Assembly: GCF_006345805.1 (NCBI RefSeq)
Contig: NC_043014.1
Location: 15,624,001 to 15,688,000, forward strand
Reading direction: 5' to 3'
From: Octopus sinensis
Taxonomy: Eukaryota
Length of the DNA: 64,000 nucleotides
Positions 53,020-64,000 of this stretch are shown piece after piece. Made by a program: the position numbers and the translations under genes. Position 1 is the stretch's first letter, and every line of letters begins with the position of its first letter. The notes under the pieces are model-generated. The model did not search any database, was not told where the DNA came from, and saw only the letters and a list, made by a program, of their open reading frames with translations.

Positions 53020-53914
53020 TATTGGATAATGTAGAGTCAAGACTATTGAAAAGGTTGCAAGATGCAATGAAACTTTTAGGAAAATAAAAATAAGAAATAA
53101 GTGGAAATTTTACTGGTGAGTGTGTTAAATTATAAGGCACAAAAAGAAAATTACTTTCCCCAGACACAACAGAGTAGATCCTAATGTCAATTAGAACATT
53201 TTTTTAAAATTAAAAAAAGGAATGGTCCATGATGTTCTTGTTGTTGCTGCTGTTGTTGCTTAGCCCAAAGTCAACTCTGGTCAAGCGAACCTATGATTAA
53301 AGGGTTTTCACTCATGATGAACCTGCTATTTTGTTTATCAAAGGCTACATTGTCCATTTTATTTTTAATATGATGTGTGTATGTGTTCGAGGGAGATTTG
53401 ACTGCTGTTTCTAGCATACTGAGCAACTATCCAGAGCTCCCTTATTTGCTGATTGTTGTGGCTGTTATTTCTGTTGTTTAGCCTCACAAAACAATCCTGG
53501 ACAAGCAGAGCAAAATCTCTGATTAAAGGTGATCCAGTCATGACCACCCCATCTTTATGCTATCAAAAGACTACGTTATTCCTAGGTGTTCTTCATTTAT
53601 TTATAAGACAGTAGGGTTGTGATTTGACGAAGATTTTTAGCTGTTATTTCTTGCAAATTGAGTGACCACATAGAGATTCCCTTATTGTTGTGCCTATTAT
53701 TTTACTTTTTCTGTCTAAACAGAATTAATATCGTTTATACATAGCTGTATGGTCAAGAAGTTTGCTTTCCAACCACATGGTTCCAGGTTCAGTCTCAGTA
53801 ATGGAACCTTGGTCAAGCATCTTCTATTATAGCCCCATGTCAACCAAAGCCTTCTGAGTGGATCTGGTTGATGGAAACCGAAAGAAACCTATTGTATTTG
53901 TGTGTGTGTGTGTG

Positions 53915-54225
53915 TGGCATAGTGGTTAGGGTATTTGGCTTATGGTCATAAGATCATGAGTTCAATTCCCCCTGGTGCATCATGACCCTGAGCAAGACAC
54001 TTTATTTCCAGTTGCTCCAGTCCACTCAGCTGGTTAAAATGAGTAGTACCTGTAATTCAAAGGGCCAGCCTTGTTGGACTCTGCGTCACGCTGAATCTCC
54101 CTGAGAACTATGTCAAGGGTACATGTTTTCTGTGGAGTGCTCAGCCACTTGCACGTTAATTTCATGAGCAGGTTGTTTCATTGATTGGATCGACTGGAAC
54201 CCACATTCTTGTAACCAACCAAGTG
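53915..54225 (+). mobile_element. SINE family D-like copy
   Basis: ggcatagtggttaggg...gagttcaattccc...ctgagcaagacactttatttcc; a relative lies at 62010-62255. Confidence 0.75.
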
Positions 54226-54463
54226 TCAAGAGAAAATAATGATGATGATGATGATGATGATGGTAGTGGCAACAATGATGATGATGAAGAAAGCCAGCAA
54301 GGAAGAAAATTAGGCAACAATGCTTGAACATCCATATAAATAAACCAAGTGACAGTTATGTACCAAACTTGGTATCTTGCACCAGTGCCATAAATACTAT
54401 AATGGATATTTAGTAACCTAAATAATATAATAGAATATAACATTGGTTAATAACACATTCTGT

Positions 54464-54567
54464 ACAAAGATTCTATTCATAAGTTGTTGATTAAGTTGGG
54501 AAATTTACCTCAAAACACACTAGGGAAACATAACTGACTGTAATGTAAATAAATATAAATGACAAAT
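54464..54567 (+). repeat. 104-bp exact direct duplication, copy 2; candidate 29-nt exon at 54509-54537 on minus
   Basis: Identical to 50474-50577. Confidence 0.85.
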
Positions 54568-54954
54568 AGATTTTGTCAAAACTAGTTTTGGTTACAACTA
54601 ATGCTGCCCTTAATATGGTAAGCCAAAATGTAAGGTCTGTGAAGCAATTTATAGCTGGTGGTCATTCCCTTGTTTCTTTCTGTTGTATAGGGGTGGCAAA
54701 AAAAAAAAAATTCAGATTCACCATTCTTGATAAACATGTAGCAGGAATATTGGCACAGTCCCAAGCACCAGCATACTGCCTAGGAATTGAACCTAGATCA
54801 TTGTATTCAGATGACATAAATATAACTAAACACCAAAACAAGATTTTGTTAGAGACTGATGACACTAGCAAACAACTAGTCATTCCTTAAGAACTTTTTT
54901 CTATGAGTAGCTGAGCTGACCAGTAAAAACACAATAGACCCAGCAGATGCTTAC

Positions 54955-55006
54955 CTCATTTAGAATCCCAGTTTTTGTAAACAACCATTGGAAAATAAGC
55001 AATGTA
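54955..55006 (-). other. Candidate 52-nt exon (TLLIFQWLFTKTGILNE in its one open frame)
   Basis: aatgaaatttcag acceptor and strong GAG|gtaagc donor. Confidence 0.3.
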
Positions 55007-55309
55007 CTGAAATTTCATTAACAATTTTGTCTTTGGTGCCTCTTTTTTTAAACAGACCACTGGCTATGTGTAGATAGTTTATATGGCAAATGATCTGCGA
55101 TCATAACACAGCTAAGCCCAATGGCTGCTGGAACTTATCCCACTCAATTTTGGCCACAGAGTGCATTGACTACTTCACTCCACTGTCATTGCTTACACAC
55201 ATATCTTTCATGGACACACATGAACTGATTCACTTGGGGTAAATATTTGTTTTTCGATTGTCTGTTGCAACATCAACATTTGTTTGTTAACAATGATAAA
55301 TATTTTGTA

Positions 55310-55521
55310 CTAGCACTATGACCCGGTGTTGCCAGGTCATAGTGCTAGTTGGTTTATCAATTTTTTTAATGGCTTTCTGGGGTGACTGGGGAAATGAAAA
55401 GATCTTCACGACCACCCTCACACAGTTTTGAAAGCCCATAGAAAATGCAAGCCTTTTATGTGAAAAACTATGGATTTGTATAAAGGACACACAGATATTT
55501 TGCTGTTTATAGATATAGAGA
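55310..55521 (-). mobile_element. Short non-autonomous Helitron with strong terminal hairpin
   Basis: Minus A|TC start, CTAG|T end; actagcactatgacc / ggtcatagtgctagt 15-bp inverted repeat. Confidence 0.65.
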
Positions 55522-56139
55522 TTTACAACTTCACACAAACTTTTGTCCTTCAATCAACCAATCAAATTATTTCTTCTATTGTTTCTGTTTCAACCGCAAA
55601 TGCACAGTGTGCAACAGTTCAGATCATGATTGTAACTGGAAAATGAAAAGTTGTCTTCGTGGGAGGTTTTTATGCCTGAATAACATAACAGAAAGCACTG
55701 TCTGTAAAGTAAGTTTCAAAGTTTTCAATGATGTGATGTAAGAAAAACAAACGATATGGTAGTTGCCAGGCCCTTGCATAAAACAGAATTTAATTTACTC
55801 TTGAATCTCTTTACAATGCTTTACTAGCATATAGTAATGTATGGCAGTTGAGTTGTGGTTAAGTATTTGAATGGCTTGAAGGTTTTCTATGAAATGCATG
55901 AAGCATGATTTTCTCAGCTATGATTTTTTTCACTGCCATCGCTACTGCTATCATCATCATCATCATCAAAATTATTAGGACTCATAAGGGCCAGTTATTC
56001 AGTTTCCACAGCATATAAGTGACTGAGATCATGATACTCGCACTGAACAGGATGCCAGTTTGTCACACGGTTATTCATTTACAGCCAAATGGACTGAACT
56101 AATGTGAAATGAAATGTTTTGCTCAAGAACACAACATCC

Positions 56140-56730
56140 TCCTCCTCATCATCATCATCATTTAACGTCCGCTTTCCATGCTAGCATGGGTTGGACGATT
56201 TGACTGAGGACTGGCGAACCAGATGGCTGCACCAGACTCTAATCTGATCAAGCAGAGTATCTACAGGTGGATATGTATATATATACATATATATACATAC
56301 ATATATACATATACATACATATATATATATACAGACATATATACATACATATCATCATCGTTTAATGTCCGCTTTCCATGCTAGTATGGGTTGGACAGTT
56401 TGACTGAAGACTGGCGAACCAGATGGCTGCACCAGGCTCCAATCTGATCTGGCAGAGTTTCTACAGCTGGATGCCCTTCCTAATGTCAACCACTTCAAGA
56501 TTATAGTGGGTGCTTTTACGTGCCACCAGCACGAGGGCCAGTCACGTGGTACTGGCATTGGCCATGCTCAAATGGTGCTTTTTACGTGCCACCTGTACAG
56601 GAGCCAGTCTAGTGGCACTGGCAACGACCTCGCTTGAATATTTTTTCATATGCCACCGGCACAAGCATCGGTAAGGCGGTGCTGGTAAAGATCATGTTCA
56701 AATGGTGCCTTTTACATGCCATCGGCACTA
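56140..56730 (-). mobile_element. Two tandem family C pieces
   Basis: catcatcat...ttaacgtccgctttccatgctagc occurs twice (about 56150 and 56352). Confidence 0.8.
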
Positions 56731-57289
56731 CTTGACCAAGCATCAGAAAGTTGCTTCAACAGCAATTGCACAACCTAGATAATGCTTGCACAACACCTCA
56801 CAGATCATCCCACCCTAGTGACATGATCCAGAGATAAGCCAAGGCAAGATATCCAATGCCAAGATGGGTCACAGGTTCAGGAATGTGGAAGCATCTTGAT
56901 TTCTATTTCAAGCAAAAGACCTCCAAACTATTCCCTGCCTTTTCCCAAATGTCTTGTTTTACCTCAGGATGACCCTCTCCTAAAGACATGCATTAACAAA
57001 AGCTAAAAAGTGCTTTGATCTCAGGGGTCTTCCAGCATGCCAGATACCACCCAGAATTTCTTTCACTAGGTTAATTCGTCCTTTTGACTGGTCTTATTTT
57101 TAATTCCACAAGGTTTCTAGCAACCCTCCTCATCAGGCAAGATTGATGGATGGGGTGCTGGTTTAGTGACCAATGGCCTGACTATACAACAGGTTGAACT
57201 TGATTTAGTGATATCAGTAGTGTTCATGAGAGACCTCACAACTGAACTGACACATACATATATACATACACACACACACACACACACAC

Positions 57290-57321
<32 letters not shown>

Positions 57322-57599
57322 ACATACATACATACATACATACATACGTACATACATACATATATGTGATGGGCTTCTTTCAGTTTCTGTCTATAATCGA
57401 CTTAATCCGTTTGTCTGTCCTTGTTTGTCCTCTCTGTGTTTAGCCCCTTGTGAGTAGTAAAGAAATAGATAATGTATATGTAGATATAAAATGACTTAAG
57501 TCGAAATAACCATCATTTAAATGTATATAAATGTAATAATTAAAACCTAGGCTAGCTTAGGTTGTTTTTATGTCAGCCTATGAATTCAGTAAATTGTTA

Positions 57600-57990
57600 G
57601 GCAAGCCTAGGTTGCTTTTATATTAGAAAGAAATAATTTGAAATACTATACTGTTGAAGGCTGACATCGGTGTTACTCATTGAAGCTGGTGTAAGAGGAG
57701 GAGGAGGAGATTACACATTTGATGTCAATGGTTGGAGATTGTCAGCTGACTCCTGTTGTGATGGTGTAGATTGTTGTGCGAACTTGTCTAAAGTTCCTAG
57801 AATTGTCTTTTTCTTCTTCTCTTAAAGGATTAGGTAATAAGGTGCAATAGTACCTTAACAACTCCACAGTATTTTTACAAAACATTGTGCATTGGATCCA
57901 TTTCCTCAAATAATAAAGCAAGACATCTATCTAAACGAGAAACAGCCTCTTGCATTTTCTTCAACATAAACCGATGAGGCCCGAGGTTAA
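57600..57990 (-). mobile_element. Tigger/pogo-like transposase C-terminal fragment
   Basis: LDRCLALLFEEMDP... then GTIAPYYLIL*EKKKKTILGTLDKF, resembling the Tigger C-terminal KKKxxQxTLDxF motif. Confidence 0.55.
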
Positions 57991-58289
57991 TGATGCATAC
58001 TGTATTTTAACATTAATTTTAATATGCTATACATGTGTCCATTGCTTTTTTATTTATTTCCTGGAGACGAATATGAATGTAACCAATCAATACAACCCGG
58101 AACTAACAGCACAGGATAGTATGAGCGTTATTGCTGTTTTTCCAGGTGATATAAATTAATACGGTATCTAATATTTATTTAATATTTTAGAAAGACTGAC
58201 GTATCTTTGGAAATGATGTAAGTCAAAATGATTTAACCAGAGGAATTTGGGTATATATATAATTCTTATACAAGAATGTTGTTGTCAGT

Positions 58290-58359
58290 GGCTTCAACAT
58301 TTTGGCCAGGTAAGCCATCGTCAGACAGCCAATGATGGTTTCGCTGGTCGAAACTTCGA
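58290..58359. ncRNA. Back-to-back degenerate hammerhead relics
   Basis: Minus 58290-58330: GGCUGU-CUGACGA-U-GGC-UUACCUG-GCC-AAAAU-GUU-GAAGCC; plus 58329-58359: CCAAUGA-U-GG...GUC-GAAAC-UUC. Confidence 0.4.
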
Positions 58360-58479
58360 AGTTATAGTCAACAGCATTCTTGTATAAGAGTAATAAAACT
58401 GTACATTGCAAAAGTATAGAATAACTGTGTAGATTAATGTAAAATTGTTTTTATTGTAACTGAACATAAAAGCAAATAT

Positions 58480-58567
<88 letters not shown>

Positions 58568-58974
58568 TGATGTTTGCTTACATATATACATACGTACACA
58601 CACACACACTCTTTCCGTCTGTCTGTCACCTTCTCTCTTCCTCTCTCTAACTTATAGCAGAAGATACATGCTTCAGATAGTATTGTTTCTTTTCTTGTTT
58701 CTATTGTCTTGCTTCTTACTCTATTTTGATGAAGTGTTCACCCCAAAACGTCACTTTACTTCTTTGCCTTTCTCACATTTTTTTTTCAGCATTCTATTTA
58801 CTGTGCACAACTTTCAGTGTTTGTTTTTTTTCCTTTTTTGTGAGTTGACATTTTATCCATCACTTATCAAATTTATCTCGATTTGTTGTAACTTCTTGTG
58901 TTGTCCAACTGCTCATCTCTTATTCCCCCTATTCCATTAATGCTACTTCACCTACACTCACACACACACACACA

Positions 58975-59200
58975 CACATGCTTCACGTCCACTTTCCATG
59001 CTGGCATGGGTTAGATGGTTTGAGATGGAGCTGGCTAGCAAGGAGCTGTCCAGACTCCAGCTGTCTGTTGACACATGGTTTCTATGGCTGGATACCTTTC
59101 CTAATGTTAACCAATTAACAGAGTATGCTGGGTAATTTTTACATGCCACTGGCATGGGTGGAAAGTAGACATTAAATGATATTGATGATGATGATGATGA
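58975..59200 (+). mobile_element. Hybrid-orientation family C fragment with (GAT)n tail
   Basis: tttccatgctggcatgggtt...ctggatacctttcctaatg...gacattaaatgat(gat)n. Confidence 0.6.
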
Positions 59201-59409
59201 TGAACAATAACTGTTTGATAACATTGTATATGATTATAATAAGCAGTCCAAATTCTGTATGTGTGTATGTGTGTGTGTTTGTATGTGCATGCATGTGTGT
59301 GTGTTTGTACATATTTGGGTCTGGCTGGAACTTTACCTTACAAAACAATGTGAGATCAGTGAAGGAGTAAAGTTCCAATTGTTAAATACGATCTGTTCAC
59401 TCACCATCA

Positions 59410-60365
59410 AACCCTCACTGCTGCCACCACCACCATTACCACCACCACCACCACCACCACCACCACCACCACCACCACTACCACCACTCAACCATCATTG
59501 TTGCTATTATTAGTACCACCAACAGCATTCTTATTGTGACTACTACAACTACTACTTCCACAACTATCACAATATTCTCTCCACCAAAACACAATTGATA
59601 ACAAGAAGGCAATGGAAGCCCTTAGAAGATCACAAGAGTTGCTAAAAATAGCAGTTGCCTCTGTGCAATCACATTCACATTCTCTTAATAAAGGACAGGA
59701 AAGAGACACATTTGGTAATGCAGTACTAAAGATGGAATGGTCATGGCTGGAATGGAATGTCTTTGGCTATAGGTTTGCTTAAGGGAGCAAGCTGAAGAAC
59801 AGCGACAACACAGAAGCATAAAAGCCACTACATCAACCAACTCAGGGTCTTAATCAACAAACTCAAGAACAATGTCACCACCACCACCACCACCCATACT
59901 ACTGCCGCCACAGCTGCCACCACCACCACCACCACCACCACTATTATTACTGCCACTGCTGCTGCTGCCACCACCACCACCACCACTGCCGCTGCTGCCA
60001 CCACCACCCTACTACTACTACTACCACCAACTTCAATCACCTCTACTAGCACCACTGCTATCACCACTTCTACTACCACTGTCACCAACACTTGCAAACA
60101 CCTCTACCACAACAACTCACACTCTTAATTAACCACTACCACTATCACAACCAACATCCATCACCACCACAACCACCACCATACCACTACCACCACCACC
60201 ACCACCACCATAACAACAACAACAACAACCATCACCACCACTACCACTACCACCCTCAATTAACCACCACTACCACTACCACCCTCAATTAACCACCACT
60301 ACCACAATTAACCACCACTCCCATCAGCACCACCACCGCTACAACCACTGCTACCGCCATCACTA
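59410..60365. repeat. (CAC)n/(CTA)n/(CTG)n trinucleotide-rich tracts
   Basis: Direct inspection; similar tracts at 43585-43760 (GAT) and 47700-47995 (CAT). Confidence 0.9.
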
Positions 60366-60430
60366 TATACCGAATTGATTATTATATTATATAAAGATGT
60401 CTTTGATTCTAATTCTGTAGAACCATTTAC

Positions 60431-60501
60431 CTTGTTCAAAGATCTTAATCAGGTAACTCTGATACACTTTCCTTGACTCTGCCATAATTAATGGATCATT
60501 T
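60431..60501 (-). CDS. Candidate 71-nt exon (NDPLIMAESRKVYQSYLIKIFEQ)
   Basis: tacgtgtttctgtgctag acceptor, CAAG|gtaaat donor, one open frame; unique sequence between microsatellites; protein not recognised. Confidence 0.35.
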
Positions 60502-60575
60502 CTAGCACAGAAACACGTATAGCCTTCTTTATAATCTTTGTCCCTCACTTCTCTCTCTCTGTCTCTCTCTCTCTC

Positions 60576-60623
<48 letters not shown>

Positions 60624-61127
60624 TATAATGCTTTACACCTTTGTCTTTCTTGTTCTGTGTATATTGCTTCTTCACTCCTCTCAACATCTCTCTCTTTCTC
60701 TCACTCTCTCATTTTCTACCTCTATGTCTCTTTCTCTCTCTTTCTCTCCCTTGATCTCTTTCATGACAATAATTTCCATAATCTTCTTTTGTCTCAAAGA
60801 AAAACAACAACAACAACAACAAAAAACAAAATAAAAATGAAAAAAGAAAAAAGGCAAAAAACATATACATATACACACACAAAAAAAAAAAACTATAAAT
60901 AATGCTACAAATATAAAACAAACATCCAATCATATTCATAATGACTCCATCATTAATTCTACCCCTGCATCTACCCCCTCCAACATCCATCAATCACCAC
61001 CCCACCCACCCTTGTAAGACATCTTAAGAGCAAAGATGTATTTTTAAAAAAATGAAATAAAAAAAATGTAATGAAAATAATTAAAAACATACACATGCAC
61101 ACACGCACACACACACACACACACATG

Positions 61128-61171
<44 letters not shown>

Positions 61172-62263
61172 AGATTTTGTTATGGGTAATTACAAAAGAA
61201 AATCACAACCTGCATGCATACACACACACACATGCATCCATATATGTATATATGTATACACACGCACACACATGAACACATGCATATATGCACACATGTA
61301 CACACATGCATATACACATATATGTGCACACACACACACACACACACACACAGCTAACCCAACTCCATTTTTGAGTGTAAACCAAAGATACATTCATTAA
61401 CTTAAAGCAAACAAATAAATAACCAAACGAAGACAATTTATTTCCAAGGAAATTAATAATACATGCTCAACTATTCACGAGATACTTCATTATTTTATAG
61501 CTCCTCCCACCCACCACCCTTTCTTTCTTTCTTTCTTTTTTTCTACACCCACCCCAACCACCACTGCCACCATTGCCACCACCATCACCACCATCACCAC
61601 CTCTCTCTTCAAGTCATGTAACATGTACAAAATGAATTACAAACCTGTGAGAGAGCAGTCAATAGAAGAAGACCTACCGAGACCTTCCGTGCAGTTGCAC
61701 GAAATAGCAGCCAAATTGTCCTCAAATCTCATTCTGCTATTGTTTACCTTTTGCCTTTTACTTTTCTGATTGTTTCAGTCATTGGACTGCGGCCATGCTG
61801 GGGCACCACCTTCAACGATTTATTCGAACAAATCAAAACCCAGTATTTAAGTCTAGTACACATTTTATTGGTCTCTTTTGCCAAACTGCTAAGTTACAGA
61901 GATGTAAATGAACCAAGAGCAGTTGTCAAGTAGTGGTGGGAGACAAACTCAAACACACACGCATGCAAATACATACATGCATACATACATATTTATTAAA
62001 GGTGTGAAGACACATGGCTTGGTGGTTAAAGGTGTCTGGCTTACAATCATAAAGTCATTAGTCATCAGTTCAATACCTAACGGCACATTGTGTCCTTGAG
62101 CAAGACACTTTATTTCATGTTGCTCCAATTCACTCAGCTGGAAAAAATGAGTTGCACCTGTATTTCAAAGGGTTGGCCTTGTCATGCTCTGTGTCACGCT
62201 GAATATCCCTAAGAAGTACATTAGGGGTACACATGTCTGTGGATTGTTCAGTCACTTACTCTG

Positions 62264-62860
62264 TTACTTGTTTCAGTCATTTTCACTGTGGCCATGCTGG
62301 AACACTGCCTTTAGTTGAGCAAATCGACCCCAGGACTTATTCTTTGTAAGCCTAGTACTTTTTCTATCAGTCTCTTTTGCCGAAGTGCTAAGTTACAGGG
62401 ATGTAAACACACCAGCATCGGTTGTCAAGTGATGTTAGGGTGACAAACACAGACACACAAACATATACACACACATACATATATATATAAAGTTAATCCA
62501 AACATGAAAACACAAAGAGAAAACACAACAACGCGAGGACGTGGAACAAATATAGTATTATTGGACGCTCAGGAAGGAAGGGAAGAAGGAGGGTGTTACG
62601 TTTCAAGCGGAGCTTCTCATCAGAAACATAGGAAAAGGAAAGATCCAGAGAAGGGAAGACGGAGGAAAAAAATCACCAATGGTACACACGCGGTCATGAC
62701 AGGCTTTTTTCAGTTTCTGTCTACCAAATCCACTCACAAGGCTTTGGTTGGCCCGAGGCAATAGCAGAAGACACTTGCCCAAGGTCCCACGCAGTGGGAC
62801 TGAACCCGGAACCATGTAGTTGGTAAGCAAGCTACTTACCACACAGCCACTCCTGCGCCT
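62264..62860 (-). mobile_element. SINE family A interrupted by a Penelope-like terminal fragment (about 62483-62697)
   Basis: The two SINE halves flank an insert homologous to 10125-10310. Confidence 0.85.
62593..62627 (-). ncRNA. Minimal type-I hammerhead motif, intact core
   Basis: GUUU-CUGAUGA-G-AAGC-UCC-GCUU-GAAAC-GUA-ACAC; loopless palindromic ACGU stem III; stem I 3/4 pairs. Confidence 0.55.
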
Positions 62861-62959
62861 ATAATGTTAATTTTACAAGCAGGCTGTTCCGTTGATCATA
62901 TCAGCTGGGACCCTCGTCATCGTAACCAACAGAATGCTCCTTCTTCCACATCTACTAAA

Positions 62960-63595
62960 CGTTTTCCTTTAAGAGCTTTTTCCATTCAGAGGAACAAAAA
63001 TGTCACAGGGAGCAATATCAGGTGAATAGGTGGGTAAGTGAGGTCATGCCATTTTTAGTCAAAAATTGTTTCACACTCTAGGCAGTGTTCACACCACCAC
63101 TTTCAACTTTGCCACAGGTAAGGGCATTTCCATCTTACTGCATCTCACAAATGCTTCAGAATTGCCAAGTAAAATGTCTGGTTAACAGTTTGGCCAGGAG
63201 GAACAAATTCTATGTGGACAATTCCTTTCACATCGATGAAACAAATCAGCATCGTCCTGACACTGGACTTTACTTTGTGTGCTTGTTTTGGGGGCATAGT
63301 GATATTGAATGCTTCCATTGACTTGACTGCTGCTTCATTTCCAGGTCATAGCCATAGCATCAGCTTTTGTCACTAGTGATGACCTTTAAATAAAAGGTCC
63401 AGATCAACTTTCAAATGTTCTTTCAGTTCACAACACACATTCACTCATGACTGCTTTTGATCTTCTTTGAGCATGCAAGGCACAAGTTTTGCTGCAACAG
63501 TCTTCATTCGCAATTCCTTGCTCAAAATTTGTTGGCAGGAGTTCCAGGACACACCAGTCATATCAACAAGTTTATCAATTGTTCAGCATCACCAC
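62960..63595 (-). mobile_element. Decayed mariner transposase fragment
   Basis: IDKLVDMTGVSWNSCQQILSKELRMKTVAAKLVP...VKSSVRTMLICFIDVKGIVHIEFVPPGQTVNQTFYL. Confidence 0.85.
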
Positions 63596-63598
63596 TAG

Positions 63599-63629
<31 letters not shown>

Positions 63630-63631
<2 letters not shown>

Positions 63632-63925
63632 GGTGAGGATGCATAGCTTAGTGGTTGTGCTGTTCAACTCATGATTACTAGATCATGATTTCTGTGTGGT
63701 GTGTTGTGTTCTTGAGCAAAACGCTTCATCTCACATTACTTTGCAATCACTTCAACACCCAACATGTGGTATGCAGTGCACCTGTTCAGACAACGTCAAT
63801 TTGATGGAGGGAGTGAGTTAATGTGCAGCACATACATTTGATCACTATGAACAAATCATTTGTGCAGGTCATTCAGCAAAAGCTGAACACTTATACGTCG
63901 TCTTTGATGAGAGGGTCCATCATTA
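63630..63925 (+). mobile_element. SINE family D-like copy
   Basis: gcatagcttagtggtt...ttcttgagcaaaacgcttcatctcac; relative of 20500-20760. Confidence 0.65.
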
Positions 63926-64000
63926 TTAAGATGGGGAGCTGGCATAAATGTTAGCAAGGTGAGCAAAATGCTTAGTAGCATTTCATACATATTTACATTC

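Noticed and set aside
54573-54890. 105-aa plus-strand ORF
   Set aside because: Non-ATG start, runs through a poly-A tract, no recognisable domain.
57108-57140. Hammerhead-like CTGATGAGGAGGGTTGCTAGAAACCTTGTG on minus
   Set aside because: No convincing stem II or stem I, and no GUH triplet.
59610-59750. Protein-like stretch KAMEALRRSQELLKIAVAS
   Set aside because: Preceded by a stop, has no splice acceptor, and overlaps a common repeat motif (gctaaaaatagcag).
59172-60292. Poly-P/H/V/T ORFs, and similar poly-H/M/S ORFs at 43462-43818 and 47602-48018
   Set aside because: They are trinucleotide-repeat artefacts with no splice or homology support.

Overview
AT-rich eukaryotic non-coding DNA, almost certainly cephalopod (Octopus-type SINEs and very long (TA)n/(CA)n/(CAT)n tracts; the taxon is inferred from recalled repeat families, not from a search). 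No intact protein-coding gene, rRNA, true tRNA or CRISPR array is visible. The window is a mosaic of four or more SINE or SINE-like families, decayed retrotransposons (CR1/L2-type, RTE, an R4/Dong-like RLE element, two Neptune-like Penelope elements with RT/GIY-YIG motifs), decayed DNA transposons (two mariners, a Tigger/pogo piece, an unclassified DDE transposase, piggyBac-type MITEs, three non-autonomous Helitrons), a 3.1-kb 38-bp satellite, a 2.7-kb TA-rich microsatellite and several long palindromes. A 100-N gap is flanked by a 1008-bp duplication that is probably an assembly artefact. The most interesting signal is about eight dispersed type-I hammerhead ribozyme-like motifs (CUGANGA...GAAAC...GUH with stem I pairing) in Penelope-like terminal fragments of several families. 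Three keep an intact catalytic core and two have an unusually long stem II. A few candidate micro-exons on the minus strand, one inside an exact 104-bp duplication, suggest the window may be intronic sequence of an unidentified host gene. Repeat boundaries are approximate unless exact motifs are quoted.
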